Shown here in pieces: positions 9,617-18,952 of a stretch of DNA of 64,000 nt. The stretch is from contig JAVJNR010000004.1 in the NCBI GenBank assembly GCA_040217195.1, positions 864,001-928,000 of the forward strand, written 5' to 3'. The translations under genes were made by a program, and so were the position numbers. This stretch comes from Leptospiraceae bacterium. GTDB lineage: Bacteria; Spirochaetota; Leptospiria; Leptospirales; Leptonemataceae. The notes beneath the pieces are model-generated. The model was not told where the DNA came from and did not search any database. It was given only the letters and a program-made list of their open reading frames with translations. How positions within the stretch are numbered: position 1 is the stretch's first letter; each line of letters begins with the position of its first letter.

Positions 9617-10262
9617 TTCTCAGGATGAGATCCGCCATTGCATATCGTAGAAGCTTGCCTCCGCTGGACTGCAATATATCAGTACTGGCTCCACTGTAGG
9701 AGAAGAGCACTCCGGCGGCCTTGGAAGTATCGGTTCTTCTGTTTTCCACAGCTCCTGCATCCAGGATGGCCGCGGTATCAATGTCTGTAACACGATAATC
9801 GATGCCCGTCTCTACTATATATTCTTCTTTCTGGTAGGAACCCAGAAGTCCAAACAATAGACAGAATCCAGATTCATTCTTTCTCACTTCAAAGTTGGTC
9901 AGTGTTCCGGTGAGCACTATATCTGCGCCGAATTTCTCTTTAAGGATTTTCAAGTTCTCAGGAGTCAGCTCGCTTTGACTGCCAATCACGTTTTCCACGA
10001 AGCCAGGCTCTATTACTTCAAAGTAACCTGTCTGGATTAGCATCGTTGTTAGCTGCGCCGTGGCAGGTTTCACAAGAAAGGATTTTCCGGTGGCATCCCG
10101 GAATGGAACCAGGGCTACCTTTACTTTTTCCGTGCCGATGGGAGCACGAGGTAAATCAATCTTCTCAGTTGTGTTTTCATACTGAGTCGGTTGAGGAGAC
10201 ATACACTGAGTAAAAACCAGTGCAAAAATGGATAGCATTACACCCAGGCGAATTCGTATCAT
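9588..10262 (-). CDS. CsgG/HfaB-like lipoprotein
   Basis: Lipobox FTQC; VALVPFRD, LIQTGYFEVIE, GADIVLTGTLTNF, YRVTDIDTA. Confidence 0.75.
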   Translation of the reverse strand: MIRIRLGVMLSIFALVFTQCMSPQPTQYENTTEKIDLPRAPIGTEKVKVALVPFRDATGKSFLVKPATAQLTTMLIQTGYFEVIEPGFVENVIGSQSELTPENLKILKEKFGADIVLTGTLTNFEVRKNESGFCLLFGLLGSYQKEEYIVETGIDYRVTDIDTAAILDAGAVENRRTDTSKAAGVLFSYSGASTDILQSSGGKLLRYAMADLILRIVQNGKYRN

Positions 10263-10349
10263 GGCATATAATAGATGCCATCGAAATTGACTCTGTTCAA
10301 CCTTTTTTAAAAGATTTTGATGAAATTATAGGCCTCTTGGAAAAGTGCT

Positions 10350-11135
10350 TTGAAGGTAACCATTACACATATTGATACGGCCTGCTGCCTCATAGAAGCG
10401 GATGGATTTCGGATTCTTACCGACCCTGTATTTGATCCGCCCGGGAAAATCTATCATCATGGATGGGGCGCTTTTTCCCGCAAGACGTCCACGCCCGCCA
10501 TGGAGCCTGAATCCCTGGGCTCATTGGATCTCATACTGCTGAGCCATCATCAGCATAAAGACAATCTGGATAACACCGGGATTCAGGTCCTGGGTCGAGC
10601 CTCCAGAATATATTCTACCAGAGCTGCCGCTGCAACGCTGGACAATTGCACTGGTCTTGCTCCGTTTGAAACTATCGAGCATTCCGGTCCGCAGGGTAAC
10701 GTACAGATCACCGGAACTCCATGCAGACATCACCCGGCTCTGGTGCCCGGATTCCTGTCCGGCCCGGTTACTGGTTTCTTGCTGAAATGGCCGGTAACAA
10801 AGAAGTATCTTTATATTTCAGGAGATACGGTATTCTTTTCGCCGCTGAAGAAGATTGCTCAGGATTTCTCGGTAGGTCTGGCTTTATTGCATGTAGGTAG
10901 AGCCAGCTTTCCCTATCTAACAGGCTGGGGAAAGTATACTATGGACAGCGCGGATTATATAAAGATGGTTCAACTGTTAAATCCAGATGCGGCCGTGCCC
11001 ATCCACAATGGAGGTTGGACCCATTTTAAAGAAAATAGCATCACCCTGAGTGAGGCCATTGAGCACTATCCAGATGTAAAAACCGTAACTACAATACCGG
11101 GGCCTGGAATACCTCGCGAATTTGAGCTAGAGTAA
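10350..11135 (+). CDS. MBL-fold metallo-hydrolase
   Basis: ILTDPVF, LSHHQHKDNLD, YISGDT, PIH; TTG start. Confidence 0.88.
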   Translation: MKVTITHIDTACCLIEADGFRILTDPVFDPPGKIYHHGWGAFSRKTSTPAMEPESLGSLDLILLSHHQHKDNLDNTGIQVLGRASRIYSTRAAAATLDNCTGLAPFETIEHSGPQGNVQITGTPCRHHPALVPGFLSGPVTGFLLKWPVTKKYLYISGDTVFFSPLKKIAQDFSVGLALLHVGRASFPYLTGWGKYTMDSADYIKMVQLLNPDAAVPIHNGGWTHFKENSITLSEAIEHYPDVKTVTTIPGPGIPREFELE

Positions 11136-11207
11136 GATTTACCGAGCCCGGCAATAGGAGTGGAATAACTCTGGTCAGTCACCGGCCAGAATCGTTACTC
11201 TGCTAAA

Positions 11208-12254
11208 ATGAGTAAAACAGTACTGGTCACCGGCGGATCCGGATACATCGCATCCTGGGTAGTGAAATATCTTCTGGAAGATGGGAATAAAGTACATGCC
11301 ACCGTTCGAAATCTAAAGTCTGCAGAAAAGGTCTCGCATCTCCAGGACCTGGCAGAGAGTTTCAACGGCAAACTGGAATTATTTGAAGCGGACCTTCTGG
11401 AAGAAGGATCCTTCGATGCAGCGATGAAGGGATGCGAAATCGTAATCCATACTGCCTCGCCATTCTTTATTAAAGGTCTCAAGGATGCACAGAAGCAACT
11501 GGTGGATCCAGCTCTTCAGGGAACTCGCAATGTCCTGGAGTCCGCGAATCGGCAGGCTTCTGTAAAGCGAGTGGTTCTAACATCAAGCGTAGCGGCCATC
11601 ATGGGAGACAATGTGGATGCACTTTCCAGAGAAAGCAAAACCATGGACGAAAGCGATTGGAACACATCCAGCAGTCTGAAGCATCAGCCCTATTCTTACT
11701 CCAAGACCGTGGCAGAAAAAGAAGCCTGGAAGATAGCAGAAAGTCAGAATCAATGGAAGCTAGTTGTTATCAATCCTGCATTCGTCATGGGGCCTTCACT
11801 ATCCCGACGAATGGATGGAACCAGTGTTCAATTCGTCCATGACCTGGTGGGAGGTCCCTTAAAATCAGGAGTGCCCGACCTTACCTTTGGAATTGTTGAT
11901 GTACGCGATGTTGCCCGGGCCCATGTTCTGGCAGCCATGAACGAAAAATCCTCCGGCCGCCATCTTCTTTGTGCAGATACAAAAACGTTTGTAGAATTGG
12001 CTGATATACTGAGACAGAGATACGGGAAAACCTTACCATTGCCCGGGGGCCAATTACCGGGCTTCATGGTATATCTAATCGGGCCTTTCTTTGGACTGTC
12101 CTGGGGATTCTTAAAAAAGAACCTGGGGGTGCGCTATAAACTGGATAATTCGCGTAGCATTCAGGATCTTGGCATAGCCTATCGTTCTATTGCTGACACA
12201 CTGTGCGACCACGTTGACCAGATGAAAGAGGCCGGTCTGATTCAATCGAAATAG
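11208..12254 (+). CDS. NAD(P)-dependent extended SDR (dihydroflavonol-4-reductase/aldehyde reductase-like)
   Basis: TGGSGYIA, HTASP, TSS, YSYSK. Confidence 0.9.
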   Translation: MSKTVLVTGGSGYIASWVVKYLLEDGNKVHATVRNLKSAEKVSHLQDLAESFNGKLELFEADLLEEGSFDAAMKGCEIVIHTASPFFIKGLKDAQKQLVDPALQGTRNVLESANRQASVKRVVLTSSVAAIMGDNVDALSRESKTMDESDWNTSSSLKHQPYSYSKTVAEKEAWKIAESQNQWKLVVINPAFVMGPSLSRRMDGTSVQFVHDLVGGPLKSGVPDLTFGIVDVRDVARAHVLAAMNEKSSGRHLLCADTKTFVELADILRQRYGKTLPLPGGQLPGFMVYLIGPFFGLSWGFLKKNLGVRYKLDNSRSIQDLGIAYRSIADTLCDHVDQMKEAGLIQSK

Positions 12255-12334
12255 TTCAAGTCCTGGCGCCAGATAGTGTCGATCCAGACCTGGGACGGAG
12301 ACTGATAGCTTCCCGTGACCGTCTGCCAGCCGTT

Positions 12335-12910
12335 CTACCAGCTCCAGCCTCCCAGTGCTCGAACGGCCAGGTAGGCAAGCTTTCGCTTGAAAGGAGATAC
12401 CCCTGCTTCACGCATCATGCGACCGAAGAGCCTATCGCAATCCTTTCTATTCCAGCGACCTATTACACTCTGCCATTCCATTTCATTGATTCGAAAGGTA
12501 TGGCATCCCTCTGGCAGATTACCCCTGTTGCGATAAAACCAGTCATGTACTGCAGCCGCGGCACGAAGTAGACCATCCGGCCGAATACCTGTAATCGTCC
12601 AGGCCAATCGAGGAACACTTGCTCCGTCATAGGTAAAACCGGCTGGTACCAGAACACGATTGAAAAGACAAATCCGGGATTTCTCAGCAAATTCGATTCC
12701 AGTCCCTTTAGAGCCAGACCGGTCCAATCTGCTGCGAATCTTCTTCTTTATGGTTTGATCTGGCATATATAACTCTTCTGCCAGATCGCTTACGTCAACA
12801 GAACTCAGGTTCCGTACCCAGATGTACTCATAATCTTTTACCAATCGATACAGATCCTGGTCCACAGGTACATTTACCGGCTGATGCATTTCCTCTACTT
12901 CACAATCCAT
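12335..12910 (-). CDS. DUF1353-like protein
   Basis: VPAGFTYDGASVPR, AAAVHDWFY, DRLF...M, YLAVRALG. Confidence 0.8.
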   Translation of the reverse strand: MDCEVEEMHQPVNVPVDQDLYRLVKDYEYIWVRNLSSVDVSDLAEELYMPDQTIKKKIRSRLDRSGSKGTGIEFAEKSRICLFNRVLVPAGFTYDGASVPRLAWTITGIRPDGLLRAAAAVHDWFYRNRGNLPEGCHTFRINEMEWQSVIGRWNRKDCDRLFGRMMREAGVSPFKRKLAYLAVRALGGWSW

Positions 12911-13186
12911 GTATCCGCCCTATGGACTTTGCTACATTTTCTCAAGTATTATTCCACTCGGAAGTCGTCCGAGCATTCATTGCCAGAGTCTTTTCGTCGC
13001 ATTGAGTTTTCATTTTTTGCCAGACAGGCCCATTCTTTTTGCTAACGTATCTCATTCGCATCGAAAAACAGCTTTTTGCCCCGCATACCCCTTACCGGTT
13101 TCGTCCCATATAGTATCCTCCCAGGGGGAGGTGGTGTTTTCGGGGCTACCCCAGGAATTCCAATATCAGCTTCAGGAGAAATAATA

Positions 13187-13591
13187 ATGAAACGAGCAAG
13201 AACAATGCTAATGGTTTTAGTACTGGTTGGTCTGCCAGCGGCCCTCTTCGCAAGGGATGTGAAGGTCCTGGTAGGGACCAATCAGGGAAACCTCTGCGCT
13301 TCCGGTACAGGACCAGCCTATATTGAGAACATTAACATTCCAATGGATGTATATTTTCAGGGAATGGCAGACGGAAACTGGGTGCGCGATGGAAGATGGA
13401 AAGCCATTGCAGTCATCCACCAGGGAGGACGTGTGGTCAGCACCCGAACCGTCTGGGAAGGTTATCCAACAGCATTCAAACATAATCAGCGAATCCCTCT
13501 GGGTAACATCAAGGGAAATGAATGCCTGGTAATACATAGCCTTTCGCCGGCCAGTAATATGGCATGGTTTTATAAAGTCCACCTGCCCTAG
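13187..13591 (+). CDS. Small secreted hypothetical protein
   Basis: ATG 13187 with AGGAG upstream; signal peptide ending ALFA; two Cys; hairpin GGGCCGTC-CA-GACGGCCC at 13607-13624. Confidence 0.7.
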   Translation: MKRARTMLMVLVLVGLPAALFARDVKVLVGTNQGNLCASGTGPAYIENINIPMDVYFQGMADGNWVRDGRWKAIAVIHQGGRVVSTRTVWEGYPTAFKHNQRIPLGNIKGNECLVIHSLSPASNMAWFYKVHLP

Positions 13592-13871
13592 AGTAAGCCA
13601 TTTGCGGGGCCGTCCAGACGGCCCGACTTACTACCTACTCTGGGAAATGGGATGTATCCGGATCGGAAGTGCACTTCCTGCAGCTGGATCCTTACTTTTC
13701 ATTACTTCTTTTCCTTGCACAAATCTCGCATAAATGCTCTAAGGTTCAGAGAATAAAACTCTGCAGGTCGGGCTAAACTTGAATAAAGGGATTCCAGGCA
13801 ATCAGAGAACCGGCATTGAGAGTGAGTCAATGTACAGACCCTTGAACCAGAGTTTGAAAGGAAATAGCTCA

Positions 13872-14897
13872 ATGGAAAAATCAAAACCTGATCTATTCTA
13901 TCTCAGTCGGAGAATCCGCATCAGTGTCCTGCTTGCTGCAATTCTGATAGCCGGACCAGCTCTGGCAAATGATGAGGTAGGCCCCAATGAACTTCAGATA
14001 GGACTGGGCCTTGGTCCAGCATCGGTGCAAACCCATCTGGAACCCAGAATTCAAAATGAGTATAGGTTTGGTGGTGCATTCTTTGGAGGTTACGGCCAGA
14101 TGCCTGATTGGACCTATGACTCCCAATGGGGAGAAGTCTTTCGCCTGGCCTATCTGCGCAATGAATGGCTATTCGAGCTGGATCAAAGATCGGAGCAGGC
14201 CAATATAGAATATTCATCCTATATTCAGGCGACATTCAATGGCACTGTCATAAATCGAAGCAGCAGTCATACAGGCGAGTATAGCCAGAATCGAACCTCC
14301 TTGCTGGCTGGCTGGGATGCACTGCATGGTAGTAGTCGCCATAATCTGTATTTTCTGGCAGGCGTTCGCTCCATGCGCGAAGAATTCCTGAATGAGCGAA
14401 CTGTACTGACTGGACTGTCTAGCTCAGGAACCAGTGTAATTGTTGGCGGAGCATCACCGATAAATAGCACCCTCACTACCAGTGGAAATCTCTATCTCGG
14501 GATGGATTTTACCTACCAATTCGAAGGTCCTTATGCACTTCAATTCAGACTTGGATTGGAATCTGGAACTGGTGATTGGGAAGAAACGGACCTGCTCTAT
14601 GGCCTGAATAACTCCTTTGAATACAGAAAGGAAATAGGCAGTACAGAGCTTACAGGAATAGAGCTGGATATTACGTACCGCCAAAAGATTGATGAAGACT
14701 GGACCTTTTTCGCAAGCCTACGTAGTTACAGATTGTCCCTTCGAACCAGGGAAGTGATTCCAATCCTGGGAAATAGCACTCCGCCTACTTCGGCCCAGCT
14801 TCTACAGGACCTGGTGCTGACTTACAGCGGAGCCGAACATAATGGCCGATCCACTGCTTTACTCTTCGGGTTTACCTATAGCTATAGATTCTGGTAG
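13872..14897 (+). CDS. Putative outer-membrane beta-barrel protein
   Basis: Signal peptide (ALA); alternating aromatic/hydrophobic strands; C-terminal FGFTYSYRFW. Confidence 0.7.
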   Translation: MEKSKPDLFYLSRRIRISVLLAAILIAGPALANDEVGPNELQIGLGLGPASVQTHLEPRIQNEYRFGGAFFGGYGQMPDWTYDSQWGEVFRLAYLRNEWLFELDQRSEQANIEYSSYIQATFNGTVINRSSSHTGEYSQNRTSLLAGWDALHGSSRHNLYFLAGVRSMREEFLNERTVLTGLSSSGTSVIVGGASPINSTLTTSGNLYLGMDFTYQFEGPYALQFRLGLESGTGDWEETDLLYGLNNSFEYRKEIGSTELTGIELDITYRQKIDEDWTFFASLRSYRLSLRTREVIPILGNSTPPTSAQLLQDLVLTYSGAEHNGRSTALLFGFTYSYRFW

Positions 14898-14929
14898 AAT
14901 TACGTCTATTAGCTATACCCATTCGAACA

Positions 14930-15352
14930 ATGAATATGAAACAATGGACCATTCCTTTTATCGCCGGATACATTAGCGCCAACATTTCCGCTTTTGTGAT
15001 GATCGTGGCACTCTTCGCGCTTGCAGGTGATTCCTACTGGGTACTTCTGGCTGCCATCCCTGTATTGCTGATCGTTGCGCAGCTATCGCTGGTCCTGTTC
15101 TGTCGCTGGTCGGAGTTAAATCCGCCGCCCTGGTGGCATGGAACGGTTTATTTGATACTTGGCACTGTAATTTCTTTCCCAATGTTTTTTCTGCTGGCGT
15201 ATGTGGTGGAAGCAGGCTTCGACAATCGGGTGCCTGTCATTCTATTCTGGATCGTCTATTCACTGGAGATAGGCCTGGTGGGACTGATTCTTTTAATTGC
15301 CTACCGGGTCATGTTTACCAGACGAAATGCTGGCCATTCCCGGACCCGTTGA
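14930..15352 (+). CDS. Hypothetical 4-TM membrane protein
   Basis: Four hydrophobic segments, basic C-tail. Confidence 0.6.
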   Translation: MNMKQWTIPFIAGYISANISAFVMIVALFALAGDSYWVLLAAIPVLLIVAQLSLVLFCRWSELNPPPWWHGTVYLILGTVISFPMFFLLAYVVEAGFDNRVPVILFWIVYSLEIGLVGLILLIAYRVMFTRRNAGHSRTR

Positions 15353-15507
15353 GGCAACGGTCAGACCGGAAAATCAGGTTATATCCAGAGCTAAATGTTA
15401 CCAGACCTGGCTTCGCAGGGTCCGCAGCAACTATGCCAGACCCGGGATCAATTTGAGATTCTGTAACAGGATTCTTGCCTTTAGATTCAGTGCACTTTCT
15501 TATTCAG

Positions 15508-17154
15508 TTACGTAGTCTCCAGGCCCTCCAGGGCCAAGGGTCTATCGCCAAATGAATGAACCAGACCTTTCATACTCAAGGTTAGCATACGGCAGGATTG
15601 TGTAAATAGCCGATTTACCATGAGTAGTCTGGTTACCTCTTCTTCTGGTAAGTTCTCCGCCCGCACAGCCCGGGACAGGGAGGCAATAAACACACGGTCA
15701 TTGCGCTCTACTTCGCGAAAAAAATCATCCAGCTCTTCTGTGACCCTCTGCTCCGGATGCAGATAGACTGTAGTAGCCATCGCTTTTAGCCGGCCAAGAC
15801 GACCATAGAAATCCTGAACTGCATGAAGAACAAAACCAGAATCTTCCGCTTTCATTTCCAGAATATCTCCCAGAAGCTCTCGCAAATTGCGGGTAGAATT
15901 CATAATACTTCGGCTGGCACGCAGGATACCATCCAGATTCAATGATTCTGTTTCGCTTCGCTCCACCGGAATGCTGGAGTAGAATCTAAATATTTCAGCA
16001 TGTAACTCTCCCAGGCCGCCATAGGTGACCAGATGACCCGGATAATCCTCTTCCAGATCGTCAGGGGTTGGCTCCACAGAGTATTTATGACAGATATAGT
16101 AAACGGAAAGGAAGAGTTGATTCAATACTTCATTACGAAAGGCAACCATGGCAGCTTCCAGAACGTCCGGTACTGTATTATTGATGAACCGGCTGAGTAC
16201 GTTAGTAGATTCCGGGTAGATCTTGTTAAGCATTCCGGTGAATCGCTGCAAAAACGGAAGAAATAGTGCTGCTCCCAGACAGTTAAATAGAGTGTGAAAC
16301 AGTGCAATTCCCAGAACTCCGTTTTCTGAAAGATTGGCCACATCCAGTATGAACCAGATCAATAGAGGAAACAGCGCAAAGGCAAGAACAGCGCTTAGAG
16401 CGTTAAAAGCTACGTGACTGAATGCTGCCTGCTTCTTGGAAGTAGCGCCTCCTATGGCTCCCAGAAGAATTGTAATCGTAGTTCCAATATTCGCTCCGAT
16501 CACCATGGCTGCCCCATCATCAAAGCCAATGATACCGGAATGAAATCCGGCCAGAACCAGAGCAATGGTAGCTGCACTTGCCTGCATGGCCGCAGTGAGC
16601 AGAATTCCAAGTAATAAGTAAAACCACAATCCCGTAAACGGCAGGGCTGCCAGATCTACCGTGGAGGAAAGACCGCTAACGCTGGATTTCATCATTTCCA
16701 GGCCGTGAAACAGTAACCCCAGAGCTACCAGCAAACGACTCAAGTTATAGTAACGAATGGCACGCACTAGAAAGATCATCCCCAGCCCACCAATTCCAAT
16801 AAGCGGCAGAGCGAAGGCATCGATCTTAATTTTGAATCCAAAGATGGCAACGATCCAGACCGTCAGAGTAGTTCCAATATTGGAGCCCACCATAACTGCA
16901 ATTGCATTGGCCAGAGTCATTAGTCCGGCTCCCACGAAAGCAAGGACCATCAACGATACAGCGGAGCTACTCTGCAATACTGCGGTGCTTACTATTCCGG
17001 TAATCAGACCTTTTATCCGACTTCCGGTGTAGCGTCGTATCATATGTTTGAAGGAAGGACCGGCCAGGAGGCGAATGCTTTCCTCCATCGTGTACATTCC
17101 AAAGAGAAAAACTCCCAGTCCAGCCAGCAAAGTCCAGAATTCAAAGCTCTCCAC
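15508..17154 (-). CDS. Na/Pi cotransporter family protein (YjbB/NptA-like)
   Basis: QSSSA...GSNIGTT and QASAA...GANIGTT repeats; soluble PhoU-like C-terminus. Confidence 0.92.
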   Translation of the reverse strand: MESFEFWTLLAGLGVFLFGMYTMEESIRLLAGPSFKHMIRRYTGSRIKGLITGIVSTAVLQSSSAVSLMVLAFVGAGLMTLANAIAVMVGSNIGTTLTVWIVAIFGFKIKIDAFALPLIGIGGLGMIFLVRAIRYYNLSRLLVALGLLFHGLEMMKSSVSGLSSTVDLAALPFTGLWFYLLLGILLTAAMQASAATIALVLAGFHSGIIGFDDGAAMVIGANIGTTITILLGAIGGATSKKQAAFSHVAFNALSAVLAFALFPLLIWFILDVANLSENGVLGIALFHTLFNCLGAALFLPFLQRFTGMLNKIYPESTNVLSRFINNTVPDVLEAAMVAFRNEVLNQLFLSVYYICHKYSVEPTPDDLEEDYPGHLVTYGGLGELHAEIFRFYSSIPVERSETESLNLDGILRASRSIMNSTRNLRELLGDILEMKAEDSGFVLHAVQDFYGRLGRLKAMATTVYLHPEQRVTEELDDFFREVERNDRVFIASLSRAVRAENLPEEEVTRLLMVNRLFTQSCRMLTLSMKGLVHSFGDRPLALEGLETT

Positions 17155-17162
17155 AATCAGCC

Positions 17163-17191
17163 AGGATATTGTGGATGTATTGGCGTGGCAA
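17163..17191 (-). promoter_or_regulatory. sigma70-type promoter, near-leaderless
   Basis: TTGCCA-17bp-TATCCT ending 8 nt before GTG 17154. Confidence 0.45.
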
Positions 17192-17303
17192 ATTATTAAC
17201 CCGTCTGCCCGGGCCCGGACCAGCGCTTCTATATCTTATAGACTGCAATCCTTTAGTCGGCACATAGAAGATCCCTGAAGAATCATGATTTCCCCGAGAC
17301 GAA

Positions 17304-18230
17304 TTAGTGCGATTCGCTGGCTTTCATTTTTGCGTCTGTCACATTCGGGCCAGCAATGATACACCGATCTCGTCCCTGTTTTTTTCCCTGATACATAGCT
17401 GTATCCGCCCGTTCCATGGCCTCTCGGATTACCTCGGCGGACCCAACCCTGGCCAGGCCCACGGTAACTGTGAGAGGGAGTTCGCCTTCAGCTGTAATTA
17501 TTGGAGACACACGCAACAGATTCATGGCACGATGAATGGCAGAAAGAGCGTGAGACTCATCCTGTACCTCCAGGAAATGTAGAAATTCTTCGCCACCAAG
17601 CCGGTACAGGGGCTCATTCTCACGAAAGGCTTTGAGAAGTAAATTGGCCAGATGTGCAAGTGCATCATCGCCGGTATTGTGACCAAAACGATCATTTATG
17701 GATTTAAAATGATCCACGTCGATGACTGCGATGTAAAAAAGACTTCGATTCCTGCGTGTTCTTCGCTGAAATTCCAGAAAGGAATTCTCCAGAAAATGTC
17801 TCAATGGTAGCCCGGTGAGAGGATCATAGTGACTGCGGCTTTCTGCAAGACGAGTTCTGAAAAGGGAGAGCAAATCAATCAGTGCAGTCTGGTTCGTCTC
17901 AAATCGAGTCATTAAACGGCGCTTTTGATCAATGTCACAGCTATTCAGCAATAATTCTCGAATAGCACCGTGCAGGTCTTCATGGGCCAGAATAAGGCGC
18001 TCTGCTTTGTCAGAATCGTAATCTTCCAGCATCAATCTGTTGGCCAGAAGCCATTTTCCGAAATGACATACCGAATGCCCATCTGGATCCACCATATCTG
18101 CCCTTGGAGAATCTCCCAGCAGGTATAGTCGCAATAGATGCCTGGTCCAGTGCAGATGTGATTGGACTGCATCGTCGATTTCCTGGATGGATCGGTCGAT
18201 GCTCGAGTCTTCTTTTCTATTATTCTGCAT
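17304..18230 (-). CDS. Diguanylate cyclase with N-terminal CZB zinc-binding domain (DgcZ-like)
   Basis: HLHW...CHFGKWL...HEDLH CZB motif; DPLTGL, DVDHFKSIND.FGH, RLGGEEF; start uncertain (ORF extends to 18359). Confidence 0.88.
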   Translation of the reverse strand: MQNNRKEDSSIDRSIQEIDDAVQSHLHWTRHLLRLYLLGDSPRADMVDPDGHSVCHFGKWLLANRLMLEDYDSDKAERLILAHEDLHGAIRELLLNSCDIDQKRRLMTRFETNQTALIDLLSLFRTRLAESRSHYDPLTGLPLRHFLENSFLEFQRRTRRNRSLFYIAVIDVDHFKSINDRFGHNTGDDALAHLANLLLKAFRENEPLYRLGGEEFLHFLEVQDESHALSAIHRAMNLLRVSPIITAEGELPLTVTVGLARVGSAEVIREAMERADTAMYQGKKQGRDRCIIAGPNVTDAKMKASESH

Positions 18231-18364
18231 CGCGACAACTACCAATTCCGGTATGGAAAATGAACCACCAGCAGCCAAGCTTTTTACATGGCCCTGCCAA
18301 TTCAGTGCATTTCCCGGATTAATATTGCATGGACAATCAGAGATCTGTCCGTTTTTCATGGTTC

Positions 18365-18907
18365 ATGATTCGATGGTTAATTTTAATCCCACTCTCCCTG
18401 ACGTTCCTGTCCTGTCAGATATCCAGTCTCACCGAAACTCGATCCATTGGTCTGCGCGAACAAATAGAATTCAATCGCACAGTGACGTATAAGCTATTGG
18501 ATGAAATTGAAAAATCCGGAAAGGCAAGGCAGATTCTGGCCTGGGCTGCTGGCCCCGACCATGCTCCCATAGGCTGGCATTTCATGCATATTGCTTCCAC
18601 CGAAGATAGATTCGCACAAATGCTTCGCCCCGGCCCGCTTGTTTCCGAAGAACTGGCAAATCGTTACAGCAGCGGCAAGCAGGCGACGCGAAATATACCA
18701 AGCCCCGGACAAATTCGCAGATATATGGACGATTCACGTAGCGCATTGCTGGCGGCCATTGATGATTTCGATATGAACCGCTTAAATGAAAAGCCATCCG
18801 ACGAGGCTCCCTTCGATTTTGCAACGATCCTGAAAATACTACCGTTTCATGAGGCCCATCATCAGGGTCAGGCCCATGCCACATTCAATCTGTGGAAAGA
18901 TAAATAG
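18365..18907 (+). CDS. DinB/YfiT family protein with N-terminal lipoprotein-like signal
   Basis: IGWHFMHIA and HEAHHQGQ His triad; MIRWLILIPLSLTFLSC. Confidence 0.8.
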   Translation: MIRWLILIPLSLTFLSCQISSLTETRSIGLREQIEFNRTVTYKLLDEIEKSGKARQILAWAAGPDHAPIGWHFMHIASTEDRFAQMLRPGPLVSEELANRYSSGKQATRNIPSPGQIRRYMDDSRSALLAAIDDFDMNRLNEKPSDEAPFDFATILKILPFHEAHHQGQAHATFNLWKDK

Positions 18908-18952
18908 ACCGGGCGATTGAGCCGGGAAAGCCCGGAAACGAATTTCAGTACA

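Noticed and set aside
13786..13865. TPP-riboswitch-like words (TGAGA, GACCCTTGAACC)
   Set aside because: The P4/P5 segment (CUGAUC...UAAU.CC.GCG.AGG) is missing and the downstream gene is not thiamine-related; an Rfam scan would settle it
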